Source of the DNA: Macrostomum hystrix
Lineage: Eukaryota; Animalia; Platyhelminthes
Reading direction: 5' to 3'
NCBI GenBank assembly: GCA_950097015.1
Contig: CATNEN010000003.1
Location: forward strand, 5,766,001 to 5,830,000
DNA: 64,000 bases
Positions 1-12,900 of the stretch are shown piece by piece. The notes under the pieces are model-generated. The model saw nothing but the letters and a program-made list of their open reading frames with translations. It made no database searches and was not told the DNA's origin. The number at the start of each line of letters is the position of its first letter. Position 1 is the first letter of the stretch. Position numbers and translations under genes: made by a program.

Positions 1-907
1 TTATTGGTAGACAACTGGTTGACTTATTGGTAGACAACTGGTTGACTTATTGGTAGGCAACTGGTTGACTTATTGGTAGGCAACTGATTGACTTATTGGT
101 AGGCAACTGATTGACTTATTGGTAGGCAACTGATTGACTTATTGGTAGGCAACTGATTGACTTATTGGTAGGCAACTGATTGACTTATTGGTAGACAACT
201 GGTTGACTTATTGGTAGACAACTGGTAGACTAATTGGTAGACAACTAGTAGACTAATTGGTAGACAACTGGTTGACTTATTGGTAGACAACTGATTGACT
301 TATTGGTAGACAACTGGTTGACTTATTGGTAGACAACTGATTGACTTATTGGTAGACAACTGGTAGACTAATTGGTAGACAACTGGTTGACAAAAAGGTA
401 GGCAACTGGTAGACTTATTGGTAGACAACTGATTGACTTATTGGTAGACAACTGATTGACTTATTGGTAGGCAACTGATTGAATTATTGGTAGGCAACTG
501 ATTGACTTATTGGTAGGCAACTGATTGACTTATTGGTAGGCAACTGATTGACTTATTGGTAGACAACTGGTTGACTTATTGGTAGACAACTGGTTGACTT
601 ATTGGTAGACAACTGGTAGACTAATTGGTAGACAACTAGTAGACTAATTGGTAGACAACTGGTTGACTTATTGGTAGACAACTGGTTGACTTATTGGTAG
701 ACAACTGGTTGACTTATTGGTAGGCAACTGATTGACTTATTGGTAGACAACTGGTTGACTTATTGGTAGACAACTGATTGACTTATTGGTAGACAACTGG
801 TAGACTAATTGGTAGACAACTGGTTGACAAATAGGTAGGCAACTGGTAGACTTATTGGTAGACAACTGGTAGACTAATTGGTAGACAAACAGGTTGACAA
901 CTGGTAG
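1..907. repeat. 23-bp minisatellite (TTATTGGTAGACAACTGGTTGAC)n, truncated at window start
   Basis: Directly visible tandem array with minor variants (ggc/gac, gatt/ggtt). Confidence 0.97.
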
Positions 908-1030
908 AAAAAGAAGATAAATTTGCATGCAAAAAGTTTAGCAAAATTTGTGCCTTTAAAATATTACTGCGAGTATAAACCTATTTCTTTCATGGTCCAC
1001 AAACTTAGGAGCTCTATCTGTCATTTGAGA

Positions 1031-2573
1031 ATGTCTACGCAACGAAACAACGACACAGCTGTTGAGCCAGTCGCGCCTGGCACAGGTCATCTTCCGGCTC
1101 TGATAGACGCCAATCCGATGGTGTTCTTTCCCTACATAAGCCTCACTTCGGTTGCCATGCTGATAGGATTTTTCGGTAACTTGGCCCTGATCATCACTCT
1201 GATAGTTCGCCGAGACGTGCAAAAAGTTGGTCGCGAGTTCCTGATCAACATGTGCCTGGCTGACCTGTGTGTCACTGGATTCGCTGATCCGTTGTGCATT
1301 ATAGGTCAGTAAGGGGTCCAATTTGGCGATTTTCTTGTTCAATCCATCCCTCCTCTTACGAATTCCAAAAATTTCGTGGCCTTATTACTGATTTTTCGAT
1401 ACATATCGGTTAGTTCTTGTTTCAGCTTTTGCATTCGAGATAGACGCTAATTATAGTTAAGACACAAGGATTTCACAATTCTGTCAAAAGCTCATTATAT
1501 TTAAGGTTGTTGCCACGTGGATAGAACCGAGGTGCTGAGTTCGAGTCAAGGACTTCTCAAGTAGTACTCAAGTACTTAAGATGTTCTTGGTTCGAGTCTC
1601 AACCCCAGGGGAGAGTTTTAATGTACTGTTAAAGATTCCTCATCACCTAAGTTTACCAGAAATTTAAGTGGTTTTGGCGGCCCTTAAAAGCCCAAAGGTT
1701 ATTTTTTGTCTTTCGGGAGGCAAACATTTAAAATAAGTTAATCGTTCTTTTAATTTCATCTAAACAAACGCGGCAGCCGCCATCATGGGGGAGCAATACT
1801 TAGCCGAGCGCCCGGCCCTGTGCACTCTGGTTGCGTCACTGTGCCTCTCTGCCTGCTTCTGCGCATTCTTTAGCCTGGCCTGCATTACCGCCTCTCGCTT
1901 GGTGTTCATCTGCTACAGCCGGGTGTACAATAGACTCTTCTGTCGATGGAAAGCCATCGGCCAGTGCTGCCTGTGCTGGCTTTTAAGCTTGGCCGCTGAA
2001 GCTGGAAACTTTCTTGGCTGGGGCGGCCATTTCTACGATAGGAAAAGCGAGAGCTGCGCCTGGCAACGGACAGCCTCGGTTTCCTACACTTACTTCGTTG
2101 GCCTTGTCCTCATCGCTCTGCCACTGGCGCTAATGCTGGCTGCCAATGTGAAGATTTTGGCCACCATTCGAGCGACTAAGAGTCGCTTGCTTGTGGCCTG
2201 CGCGACCCAGCCGTCGCGGAAGACACCGCGTCAAAGCGACGTCTGGCGCGAGACGGCAAGAGGCTGTCGGACTTTGCTAGCTCTGATTGTAGCCTTCTGC
2301 ATCTGCTGGTTGCCCTACACAGTTGTCATAATAGTTGATGTTCGCAACGAGACTGTTCCAGCAAATGTTCATCTGTTTGTCACCTGGCTGGCACACCTGC
2401 ACACGGCGGTTGTTGTCTGCGTTCACCTCGGCAATCGGCAAATTAGACGAGCCCTGACACAAACCTTTGCCTGTGCTCATAGTCCAATTGAATCGAGCCA
2501 TCCCACCGCTGCCACCACGCCAGCAGTGTTACAGCTTAGAGCATCTGACAAGAATGAGGACAACAAGATCTAA
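1031..2573 (+). CDS. Class A (rhodopsin-like) GPCR, melatonin-receptor-like; exons 1031-1304 and 1777-2573
   Basis: TM1 'GFFGNLALI', TM2 'FLINMCLADLCV', TM6 'FCICWLPY', ECL2 Cys. The GT (1305) ... AG (1776) intron joins in frame (ATA G|CC GCC ATC ATG). The melatonin-receptor-like label rests on overall resemblance ('RLVFIC', 'NFLGWGGHFYD'). Confidence 0.88.
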
Positions 2574-3964
2574 AACCACCTGACTCTATTTTGAACCAAG
2601 CGTCCGACACTGAAACTAAATTAACATTTAGAGATGCACGCTTAGATTGGTTATCAAAAATAGAGTAATTACCTGTAGTTTAGAAACGCTACCCAAAGCA
2701 TGGCTGAGCAATGTGTTTATCTACAGATATATACTACTAAATTATCTACTAATTCCCACATTGTTATCCTCATGAACTACCGAAATTGAATTCAAAACGC
2801 GAATGAGCTGGCAAAAATATATATGAGTTACGCTCGGATGTAATCGCTGAGTTTGTGACAACGTCTTCACAAATTTAATAGAGTTGCAGATGTAAACTAA
2901 TTGATTGCAAATCAGATGCTTAGAATGCACTTTTGTTTTCATAAAAACGTCAAATAGATTGAGTTGCAAAAGTTTAGCTCCAGAAGATAGGTTGCAGATT
3001 TCTAGCTTGTACAATGAGTTATGGTTAATATAAAAATCTATTAGAACTTTCATACGAAAACGACTCCATTTTTTAAACAAAGGTCTATGCTCGGCTGCAC
3101 ATGAATAAATAAAATGGCATACAGATTTGCACATCACACACTACTTATATTACTATCATGCAGGAAAAGAGTCACTGCTCACTGATTTATATTCAAGCGA
3201 TATGAGTACATGAGTACTATATATTTTTTATAGCGAGTCAAAGCACTTCAAAGGCCAGGGGCTAGTTTTCTGTACAAAAATTTAACTGAAGTCCGTGAAA
3301 ATCGAAGTTTTAAAAAACGTAATGCTAAAATTTTAACAGCTAGACCAAGTGATTGTGAGTCTAACAGCAAAGCTATTGAAATTGCGAACTTTTTTAATGG
3401 AAAAGTTTTACACTGCATTTGTGACTTTCGCCAATTTTTTAGTTAGTAAAATCGGCTAGCTAGAACAAAATCTCATAATGTGTACAAAACACAAAGTCAC
3501 AAAACTAGGTTAGATGGCGCGAACGAAATTAGGCTTAACGTTTTGTTTCCTAAAAAACACGTGAGTAGTAAGTGCTAGATAATACTGCAAACAGTAATTG
3601 CGTCGGGTTCGATTGCAGAACAGTTGCGAAGTTACACGACACGGTATATTTCACCCCTGTTTTACCAGCTATTGAAATAGCGGAATAGAAGACTCTTGAT
3701 TCAGGGATAAATACTGGAGGAGATAGTACTCAAGGAGGCAGTGTTTAAGTGCCTGGTACTGGAAGTTTAAGACGAAGCAACAAAGAAACTTTAAATCGAG
3801 AGTCATGAGTCTTTTTTAATCATAAGTCCTTGGGTTTGACACGTTTTCGCGACGAAAAATCATAACCGAATTCGATTAATTCTTCAATGAAAAAAACCTG
3901 GATTATGCACAAAGATTATGTCTGAAAAGTTCCCACCGATCAAGCTAGCCATTGCAATATTTTG

Positions 3965-6900
3965 TCAAACCATTGTTGACTTTCTCGGCTCGTAATAATA
4001 ATTGTCGTACTCAGACTCGTAAGCGCTGTACTGCATGCTCGGATCACTGGGGTACTCGGCACTCGTAGCCAGCGAGCTGCTGCTGATACAGCCGGGCAGG
4101 ATGAAGCGCTGAAGCTCCGGCGGTAGGACGCTGCGCATCCTGCCGTGCCGAGCCACGAAGCGTTGGAAACTCTGCGGCAGGCCGCGCACCTGGCCGTTGG
4201 CGCCGTTTCTAATTGCCAAGTCTCCGGAGTCTGCGTCTGCCGCGCCTGGCAGGAACCCAGTTGAAGCTGCCGCTGCTGATGCTGCCGCAGCCGCCGCCTG
4301 CAGCTGGTCGAGACTGGACGCCCGTCGAAGAGAAGTTCCTTGCGAGCCTCCGTTCAGGACAGTCGCCGCCGAGTTTTTCAGCGGCTGCAGTCGAAATTTG
4401 GGCTGGCCAGTCGGGTTCACATCCCTACCTGCTCGGTCTAGCGAGCCAAACAAGGAGTGGCCACTTTTTGGTCTTGCCTGATCCTGCTGAGTACCATTCC
4501 TGGGCTTTACTGGCGGTGTCATCTCAGGCATGTGCATTGGTGCCAGCAAGGCTGCCAGGGTTCTCCTGTCGCATAGCCTGTCCGGGACTTCGCCCTCGGA
4601 CAGGTCTGGCCCGTCTGGCATGCAGAACTCGCGACGAAAGACGCTGCTGATTCTACGAGCCTCCGCGGCGATGCGCTCGTGGAAACTATCGTCCATGGCG
4701 CCCCCGTTTGAGAACGGCAGTCCGGCGGCTCGAAGTCGGCGCGGAAAGTCGGCATCGTCGGTCATGTTGTCGTAGTCAGACTTTTTTGAAGCAGGTGTGG
4801 AATTGGCATCATTCTGTGTTAGTGAGGCCGTTTGAAATTGCTGCAATTGGCGACCGAAACCATTTTGGCTGGAGCCTCGGTATCCGTTGCTGCCATACGC
4901 ACCGCGTCTCTGAGCGGGCAAGTCCTCTGCCTCCGAGTGGGTCTCGTAAGCGCTGGATGGAACATCACACGTGTAGCCGCCTTCCTCTTCTTCGTCTTCG
5001 GCTCGAGTCTCGTAGCCGTACTCGTCAAAGTCGGTGTCACCGCCACCATTGTCGTAGTCGCCAGTTCGCCGAAGCTGGCGCGGTCTTGGCGCTGGCAACC
5101 GACGTTCAGCGTTCAACGGAGTCAGCAGCACTTCACCGTCGCTGACTCCGCCGAGGTCCTCACTGGAGATTGCTGCAGATGAGGTTGCAGCAGTTCTCGC
5201 TGGGAGAAGTCCAAAGTTAGGCAGACCGACCGGTGCGACCTGTGGAAGACGACGCTGTGCAGGCACTGGCGTTGGCGGCTCTGAAGTGATCGGTGCATGG
5301 GCAGCCGATACTGGCGGCTCACAGTAAGACGGCTCAGCGTCTGAGAGAGCGGCCGCAGCAGCCTCCTCTGGCCAGGCACGCATCAAAGCTGCTTCTGACT
5401 CGCCTGAAGAGAAATGTTAGAATATTATAATACGTGCCCGATTTTCTTAGTGAAGACCCTACAAATTCAAATACTCACCGACACTGCAGTTGTCACTCAA
5501 TCGTCTACCTCCGACAAAGTCATTTATGTCTGTTGCCGCAGTCGGGGTCTGTAGTGACGGCGGTGCAGACGGCCTGTAGGCCTGCGGTACGTACTGGAAA
5601 AAGTTGGCGCAGTCCTCGTCGATATCGCTCACCAAGACGTCGCTAATCTCACCGTCGTCACTCTGAAGACCTCGAAGCGCTTCTAGATCAGTTTCACAGC
5701 CGCCACCTTGAGTACTGCGAACGCCACCACCATCTGTGACCTCGTCTTCATCTCCGCTGGTGAGACCGCCTCCAACTGAGTCGGACACCAGAGACAGCAA
5801 CGAATCGCCGACAGCGTTAACGCCTGATGCGGCGCCAGCTCCATGGGAAGAAGGCGTTGCTACTGGAGCCAATCGGAAGGCTCCGCTGCGCTCTTTAGCG
5901 AGACGGAACAGCACAGCAGGTACTGTGGAGCCGCCGCAGGTGCTGCTCTCCCAGCCTGCGTTTCCGTTGGCACGCGGCGATGGCTCCGCATTTGCACCCT
6001 TTGAGGAGGTCGCCATGACTGATGACTCGATTGGTGGTAGAGAAAGCGTTGCGCCAGCAGTGTCCGATGGTGGCGACGTTTTCAAGCCGCCTCCACAACG
6101 GCTGCCACCTGAGGAATCACTCAGTCGACTGGCTGGTGACAAAATCGGCGGGCTAGGCCGAGTGTACTCTGGAAAGTCCAGATGGCGCGCGCTCGGCGTG
6201 CTTCTCTGGCTACCCTCAGCCGAGGGACTCGCTGAGGTGCGCGACTTTCCGCTAGAACGAGCAGCAGCAACTGGCGGCGCCTTGTACTGGTGCTGGTTTT
6301 GGTACTGGTGCTGCTGCTTGTGGTGCTGTACTGGGTGATGCCCGCTGGTGTCGGAGTTAGATCTTGTCATGCTGGAGCTCTGAGCATGGCTACCGCGCGG
6401 CGGTCTCGGCGGAGGCGGCTGCTGCTGGTTCGAGGACTTGACGGCCGCCATTTCCATGAAGATATTGGCGCTACTCTCGGCCATTGAGTCGTACTCAGTG
6501 TCCGTGTACAATGGGTTTCTGTGGCTAACTGCTCCTGGCGCAGCCGCTGATGTCGCGGAGGCCGTAATCGCAGCTGCACTTTCTGTCGCCTCCGTGACTC
6601 CCTCATCGTCATCAGACGTGACGATTTGGTCGTGCGCGTCACTTAGCGCGTGCCTTGCAGCCGACTGAAAAGCTGCACTCTCGTGCATGAGGAAGCTGCT
6701 TAGTGAGGACCTGCTTGCCACTGTGTCACTTATGCGACGCGGCCTCTGCGGCTGATGCTGCAGGGGTTGCTGCTGCAGCTGCGTCTGCTGATGCGCCTTG
6801 GCAACCTGAGTTGGCGGCGGCGGGGGAGGTGGCAGTGTCGGCGTCTGAGTCTCAGCAGCGGCAACACTGCGAGATTGCATCTCCGGTATCGGTCTGAGAC

Positions 6901-9900
6901 CTGCCCCGCTGCCGTAGTGGCCTGCGTACAGGTTGTTGGATACGCCCGCTTGCAGCACCGACGATGCAGACTCCAGCGGACTGGCTTGTCGGTGATTCGC
7001 GTGGTGATGGTGATGCTGGCTGGTCTGCTGTCGAAAGCCTGCAGCATTCGTAGAGGCCTGAGATTGTCTACTCGAAGCCGCAGGCCGACCATCGCGCAGC
7101 ACCATGGCGCGTACTCGCATGCCATCGACGCTGTGCAACGAATGCTCCGCGAAGTCGAACTGCTGCTGCGCGATCCGGTGCACCCTGTCCGACACCAGGA
7201 TCTGGCTCGGCCCGGCAGCCGATGCCAGCACGCGGGACACGCTGGCTGACTGACCCCAAACGTCGAAGACTGGCCTACCTCCGCCAACCACTCCGCAGAA
7301 GCCAGGTCCGAGGTCGATGCCCACACGCATACGAACGCGGTCCTCATACAGGGTGGCGTTCAGCTCCGCGACACGGCGTCTCATAAGCTGAGCCAGCTGC
7401 ACCAAACCGGTGAGGTGGAACAGCTTGCTGGCTGGGTTGTCCTGCAGCTGCGGGTTCATGCCCACAGCTACGACGTAGTTTTCTCCGACCGTGCGCACCT
7501 TGACCAGCTCCTGGTGACGGTCGGCCCTGTGAAGCAGCTCGTCCAGCTCGCAGATGACGTCATTGAGCACGCGGATGCTCTCCTGCACCAACAACGGCGC
7601 CTCCGTGCCGGGAGCTGGCTGCCAGTCCGGCAGATTGGCCCATAGAATGCCCAGCAGGGGATACTCCTGGGCGTACAGGTCCTGTTGTGGAGGAAAAACA
7701 CCACTTTGTTTGAATAAACTGACTGTGAAAACTAGATAAAACTCTCAGGTCAGTCACCATCTGTCATAAATAAATAGAGCGAGCTAGCAAATTTTTCCAT
7801 ACTAGGATTGAAGATCGCTAAACATTTGCAGAGAGCTAGGGAAAAAACGTAAAAATTGGAGCGATTTACGAAAACCGCCTTCAAGCATACATCCGGGTCT
7901 TGGCGGGATTCGGCATTGCTAAAATCGGCTCCCACGAGGTTGCAGCTTGGGTCAAATTGAATATCCCCCCCACACATTAGTTTCCCTCTAGCTAACAAAA
8001 ACTTTCTCTGATGACTCACTGCACGGAACTGCTGTTCCAGGCACGCATGCATTTGATGTGGAAGCCAAAAAAGATCAGAACCGCCTACCAATTTTGACTC
8101 GGTTCTTTCTTTCTCGGTGTACCAGCGCAAGGCCCTCAGCATGCATCCATCAAATGCATTGCCAGCAGCAGCATAGTTAGGTATGGTTTGTTGGGCAAGA
8201 CAAGGTATAGCATTGAATTGCAGAATGATTGCTAGTGAGGCAGAGTGTAGTATGGAAACGGCTTTAGCGAATAATATAGCGACCTCGTGTAGCTTGTTTA
8301 ACTCGAAAGCGCGAGTATGAAAGGGAGATATAAGATAAATAATAAGGATTACCTGGGCTGACTAATGCGCTGAAATTCAGTGACAGCGTTTGTGCGAGAG
8401 ACCCGACAAAGAGCCGTATGTATCAGGGGTACTAACTACCTCGTGTGCAGCCAGAAAACTCCGAGAAACTTATCCGACTGGTCACTGATAAACCAAACAA
8501 GGACACGAAATAACCCTTTTATCATTCGATGGGACGATAAAGCTTATGCCTATTTCAACTGGGGCAGTTTCGCTGACCCACTGTGTACACAAACAGTGAG
8601 CTAGAATTCGCAAAGCCAAGTCTTAGCCTTAACATTGTCTGCATTTTCCCCAAAGACCTGGCCAGTAGAACTGATTTCTCACCACTGGATTTCGATAGGT
8701 CGTATCAGTAAAGTGCAGAGCCACATGCTGCGGCAGCAGGTTGTTCAGCAAGCAGCTGCTGGCCTCCTTAACTAGAAACATATCGTGCTGGTTCTCAGTC
8801 GACTGCAATTTTTACGGGACATAAATTTAGGTAAGTCATCGATCAGTAGTTGCACCTGTACGCAACCTGTACCAACCTGTGACTTCCACTGGAACTCCTG
8901 TCTCTGCGCAAACTCATGAAACCTGGCGTGGACGAAAATGAGCACAGAGAACGCCGCCAGGCACACAATGCCCCAGACAAACGATGGCACCGGCCCGGCC
9001 GACATGTCGTGCGTAATCGATGTCAAAGCTGCCAGAGCTGTGAGGCCGCGAACCTCCGAGTCCACCAGAGAGAACAATGGTCGATGCGTCACTGCCACCG
9101 TCAGGCCGAACGTGGCGGACACCGCTGTGAGAAGGAACAGCTTCAGGAAGGAAGGCAGGGAGGCGAACACGGCCACTAGGATGAGGCAGAGAGCGCCAGA
9201 CAGGTAGATAAAATCCGGTACAGGGCACTGCAGCTCGAAAGCATTTTCAGACTCCTGCAGTATCGGCCCGTACCTGGTGTGATTGCCCACCGTTGACCGG
9301 CAGCAGAACTAAAAAAAAGTGTTTCGTTTAGAATTTTTTTGCGGTGAGAAGACTCAAAGCACTTTCTCCGATTCTTACCACATTGGCCTGGGAAACAGCG
9401 TAGACAAACAGCACTGACGTGATGATGACAACAACTCTGATCACAAATGAACTCTGAATGTTAAACTCCAAGCACTGGAAAAATACGACAATAATTCTTT
9501 GATTAACTAAGATTAAGAGTCAAAGTGTTCTCGTCATAATTTTTATTTCATCTTGTTCTCACCTTGAGTCTGGCAGCCAGTAGTACCATGAGCATCATAC
9601 CAATCCAGGTGAAGGCAATCATGAATAGAAGTAATAGAAGCATGGTTCTGTAAAAAAGGTACAGAGAGATTTGAAAGACGAATCTAAGTAGAAAATCGGC
9701 TCAGAAAAAGGTAACACACCTGGGAAGCACAGCTGCTTGAATACCGGCACTAATTAGTAGAATGAACAGAGACACCAGCATAGCCGCGGCAAAGGTGTGA
9801 TCGTCCTGCCTGTGAAACTGAAAGTTTTATTTAGAAAAAAGTCAGAAAAATCATTCAAAGGACACCAAATTGATTTTTTATGACAGTTTGAGACTGAATC

Positions 9901-12900
9901 GCATTTAGGGCATTGCTCACCTCATTTTCCTTGGCTTGAGTTGAGAATTTCAGTGTGACCGGGTTCATGCTAGTTCGGCAGCGTCTGAGAATGGTAGTTG
10001 TTGACATTGTCGCGACCTGGCAACGGCCAGACGAGGTCGATGAGGTCTTCGCACTGCCCATTCGTCCGAGTTCAGTGTCCTTAGCAACCAGAGAGTGTCC
10101 ATTGCCCATGAGCGGGCTTGAGCTGCCACCGGTGGCACTGCTGAAGGAAATAAAGCACTTTTACAATGCAACTTGCTCAATAAACGTGTTGACTATTGAT
10201 TTTATTGCTCACCTTTTCCCTGAAGGCTGACACTTCAGAAGATCTTCGGTCTGTTTCTGAAAAATACAGGTCACAGTTCAATCGAATAACAGAAAGAACA
10301 ATAATGAATAATGATTACACCTGCCCTGATAAAGGCCAGATGTGCAGCCGACAGCACATGCAGCCGCACTTAGTGCAGGGCGCAAGCCTCCAAAAAAACC
10401 TTTCAGTTCTGTCCAGTCCACAGACTGTGGGGGACGTCGAACCCGTATTTGATTAGTTAGGCTAATTCTGGAATGTCATTTACCAGCGACTACAACCCCC
10501 TTCCTAGACTACAACCCCCTTATAGACTACAACCCCATTCCTAGACTACACGCCCCTTTCCTAGACTACAACCCCCATCCTAGACTTCAACCCCTTTCCT
10601 AGACTACAACCCCTTTCCTAGACTACAGCCCCCCTTCCTAGACTACAACCCCCTTCCTAGACTACAACCCCTTTCCTATACTACACGCCCCTTTCCTAGA
10701 CTTCACGCCCCTTTCCTAGACTTCACGCCCCTTTCCTAGACTTCACGCCCCTTTCCTAGACTTCACGCCCCTTTCCTAGACTACAACCCCTTTCTTAGAC
10801 TACAGCCCCCCTTTCTTAGACTACAACCCCTTTCTTAGACTACAGCCCCCCTTCCTAGACTACAACCCCCTACCTAGACTACAACCCCCTTCCTAGACTT
10901 CACGTCCCTTTCCTAGACTACAACCCCCTACCTAGACTACAACCCCCTTCCTAGACTACACGCCCCTTTCCTAGACTTCACGCCCCTTTCCTAGACGACG
11001 ACCCCTTTCTTAGACTACAGCCCCCCTTCCTAGACTAGAACCCCATTCCTAGACTACGTACAACCCGAATCATAGTGTACAACACCCATCATAGGCTACA
11101 AACCCTGTTCTTGAACCCCTCACCATTCTCTGCGCGTGGTTGACTTTGGTCTCTCCAATGAACTGGAAAGGTGACTCGCACAGGTGATTGGCGAACTGGC
11201 TCAGACGCTTGAGGCCTTCTGCTCGCTCGGAGTCGTCCAGTTGTTGCTGCTGCTGACGACCAGAATTTTTTGACGACTAAAAAACAGAAAATAGGCATGT
11301 ATAGTAAGCTCCTGTAGCATTGTGTCTGAGTACCTAGTTAGTTAACAGCTTGTAGGAATCGATCGGGTCAGGTGTGCAGCCGACAGCACAGCCGCAGCTA
11401 TTGCACGGCGCATCTGAAGGCTGCATACGGCTGTTCAGTCAATGAACTGGGGGACGCCCCACCCACCTTCAATTACCCCAGCTGATGCTGGTACCCATTT
11501 AACAGCTGGGTGAACTGAAGCAACGCAGAGTTAAGTGTCTTGCTAAATGAAACAAATCCCCAACCTTCGATTTGAAGTTCCGACGCTCACTAGGCTAAAT
11601 CTCCCAATTAGTATTTATTTATTTGGTTGCTATGCGGATACAATATGGTTGCTATGCAGATAGATATCGTTTCTATGCCGATTCAATGTGGCTGTTATGC
11701 AGATACAACATGGTTGCTATGCACATATCATATGGTTGCTATGCAGGTTCAATGTGGTTGCTATGCAGATACGATTAAGCTGCATGAGGCAACTATTTGG
11801 TCGCTGTCTGCATTGTATTAAGTTGCTATATAAATATTTTTGGTTGCTATGCTCACCGACATGAGCTGTCTCGGCCGAACAATCACAGTCTCGAGCTTGG
11901 TCCTGACGCCTCCATTGACACCTGGCCTATCCAACAGCGGCCCAGGCTCAACCCGAAGATCTGCGTCCGCCAGCTCGAGATAAGCGGACTTGGCCAGCAG
12001 GATGCGCCTGTGATTGGTGGCGAGCCGTGATGATGGTTTCTTAGAAAGCTTGTTAAGAAAATATTAGTTTTTTCTATTCTCAGTGCACTGAATGGGTCGA
12101 CTATCATAGAATGCTCACCCAGGTGGACACGACTGTAGCAGGCGCCTAGCTATGGCCACCTGTTCGCCCATGACGTCATAGGTGAGTCGGCATTTGCCAA
12201 GCAGCGCGGCGTAGGCGACGCCGGAGTTGATGCCAACTCGAGCGTCAAGCGGCAGTTGCGAACACTCGGACAGGTTCCTATGGTGATTGGCGACAGGTGA
12301 ATGAATTCCAGGATTGTATCTGTCTAAAAGTGATTTCTCGGAATCTGCCATAAACTTTTTATATCGCACGGTTTTAAGCTATAGTACTGCCAAAAATTAG
12401 TTTCGCGGAATCTGCCTAAAGTCAGTTTTGTGGAATCCGCCTAAGGCTAGTTTCGTGGAATCTGCCCAAATTCAGTTTCGTGGAATCTGCCTAAAGTCAG
12501 TTTCTTGGAATCTGCCTAAATTTTTTCCTGGAATCAGGTTCAAGTTGGCTTCGTGTTATCCGTCTAAATGTGGCTTATCAAAAAACGGGCAAACTACTCT
12601 CTCTGAAACTGCAGATAGCATTTCTACACGTAGAAATCGCTCTAGCTTCTGAGACAAATAACCACATTTCTAAAACCCACACCTTACAACCCATACGCTA
12701 AAAACCCACACGCTAAAGACCCACACTCTAAAAACCGACACCCTAAAAACCCACACCCTAAAAACCCACACCCTAAAAACCGACACCCTAAAAACCCACA
12801 CCCTAAAAACCCACACCCTAAAAACCCACACCTTAAAAACCCACACCCTAAAAACCCACACCCTAAAAACCCACACCCTAAAAACCCACACCCTAAAAAC

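Noticed and set aside
4197-7347. Numerous overlapping ORFs on both strands within the cyclase 3' exons
   Set aside because: Alternative-frame and antisense shadows of GC-rich coding sequence.
7750-8320. 130-aa ORF in a cyclase intron, possible LINE 3' remnant
   Set aside because: Only a faint resemblance ('FDGCMLRALRW'), with no RT motifs. Not supportable.
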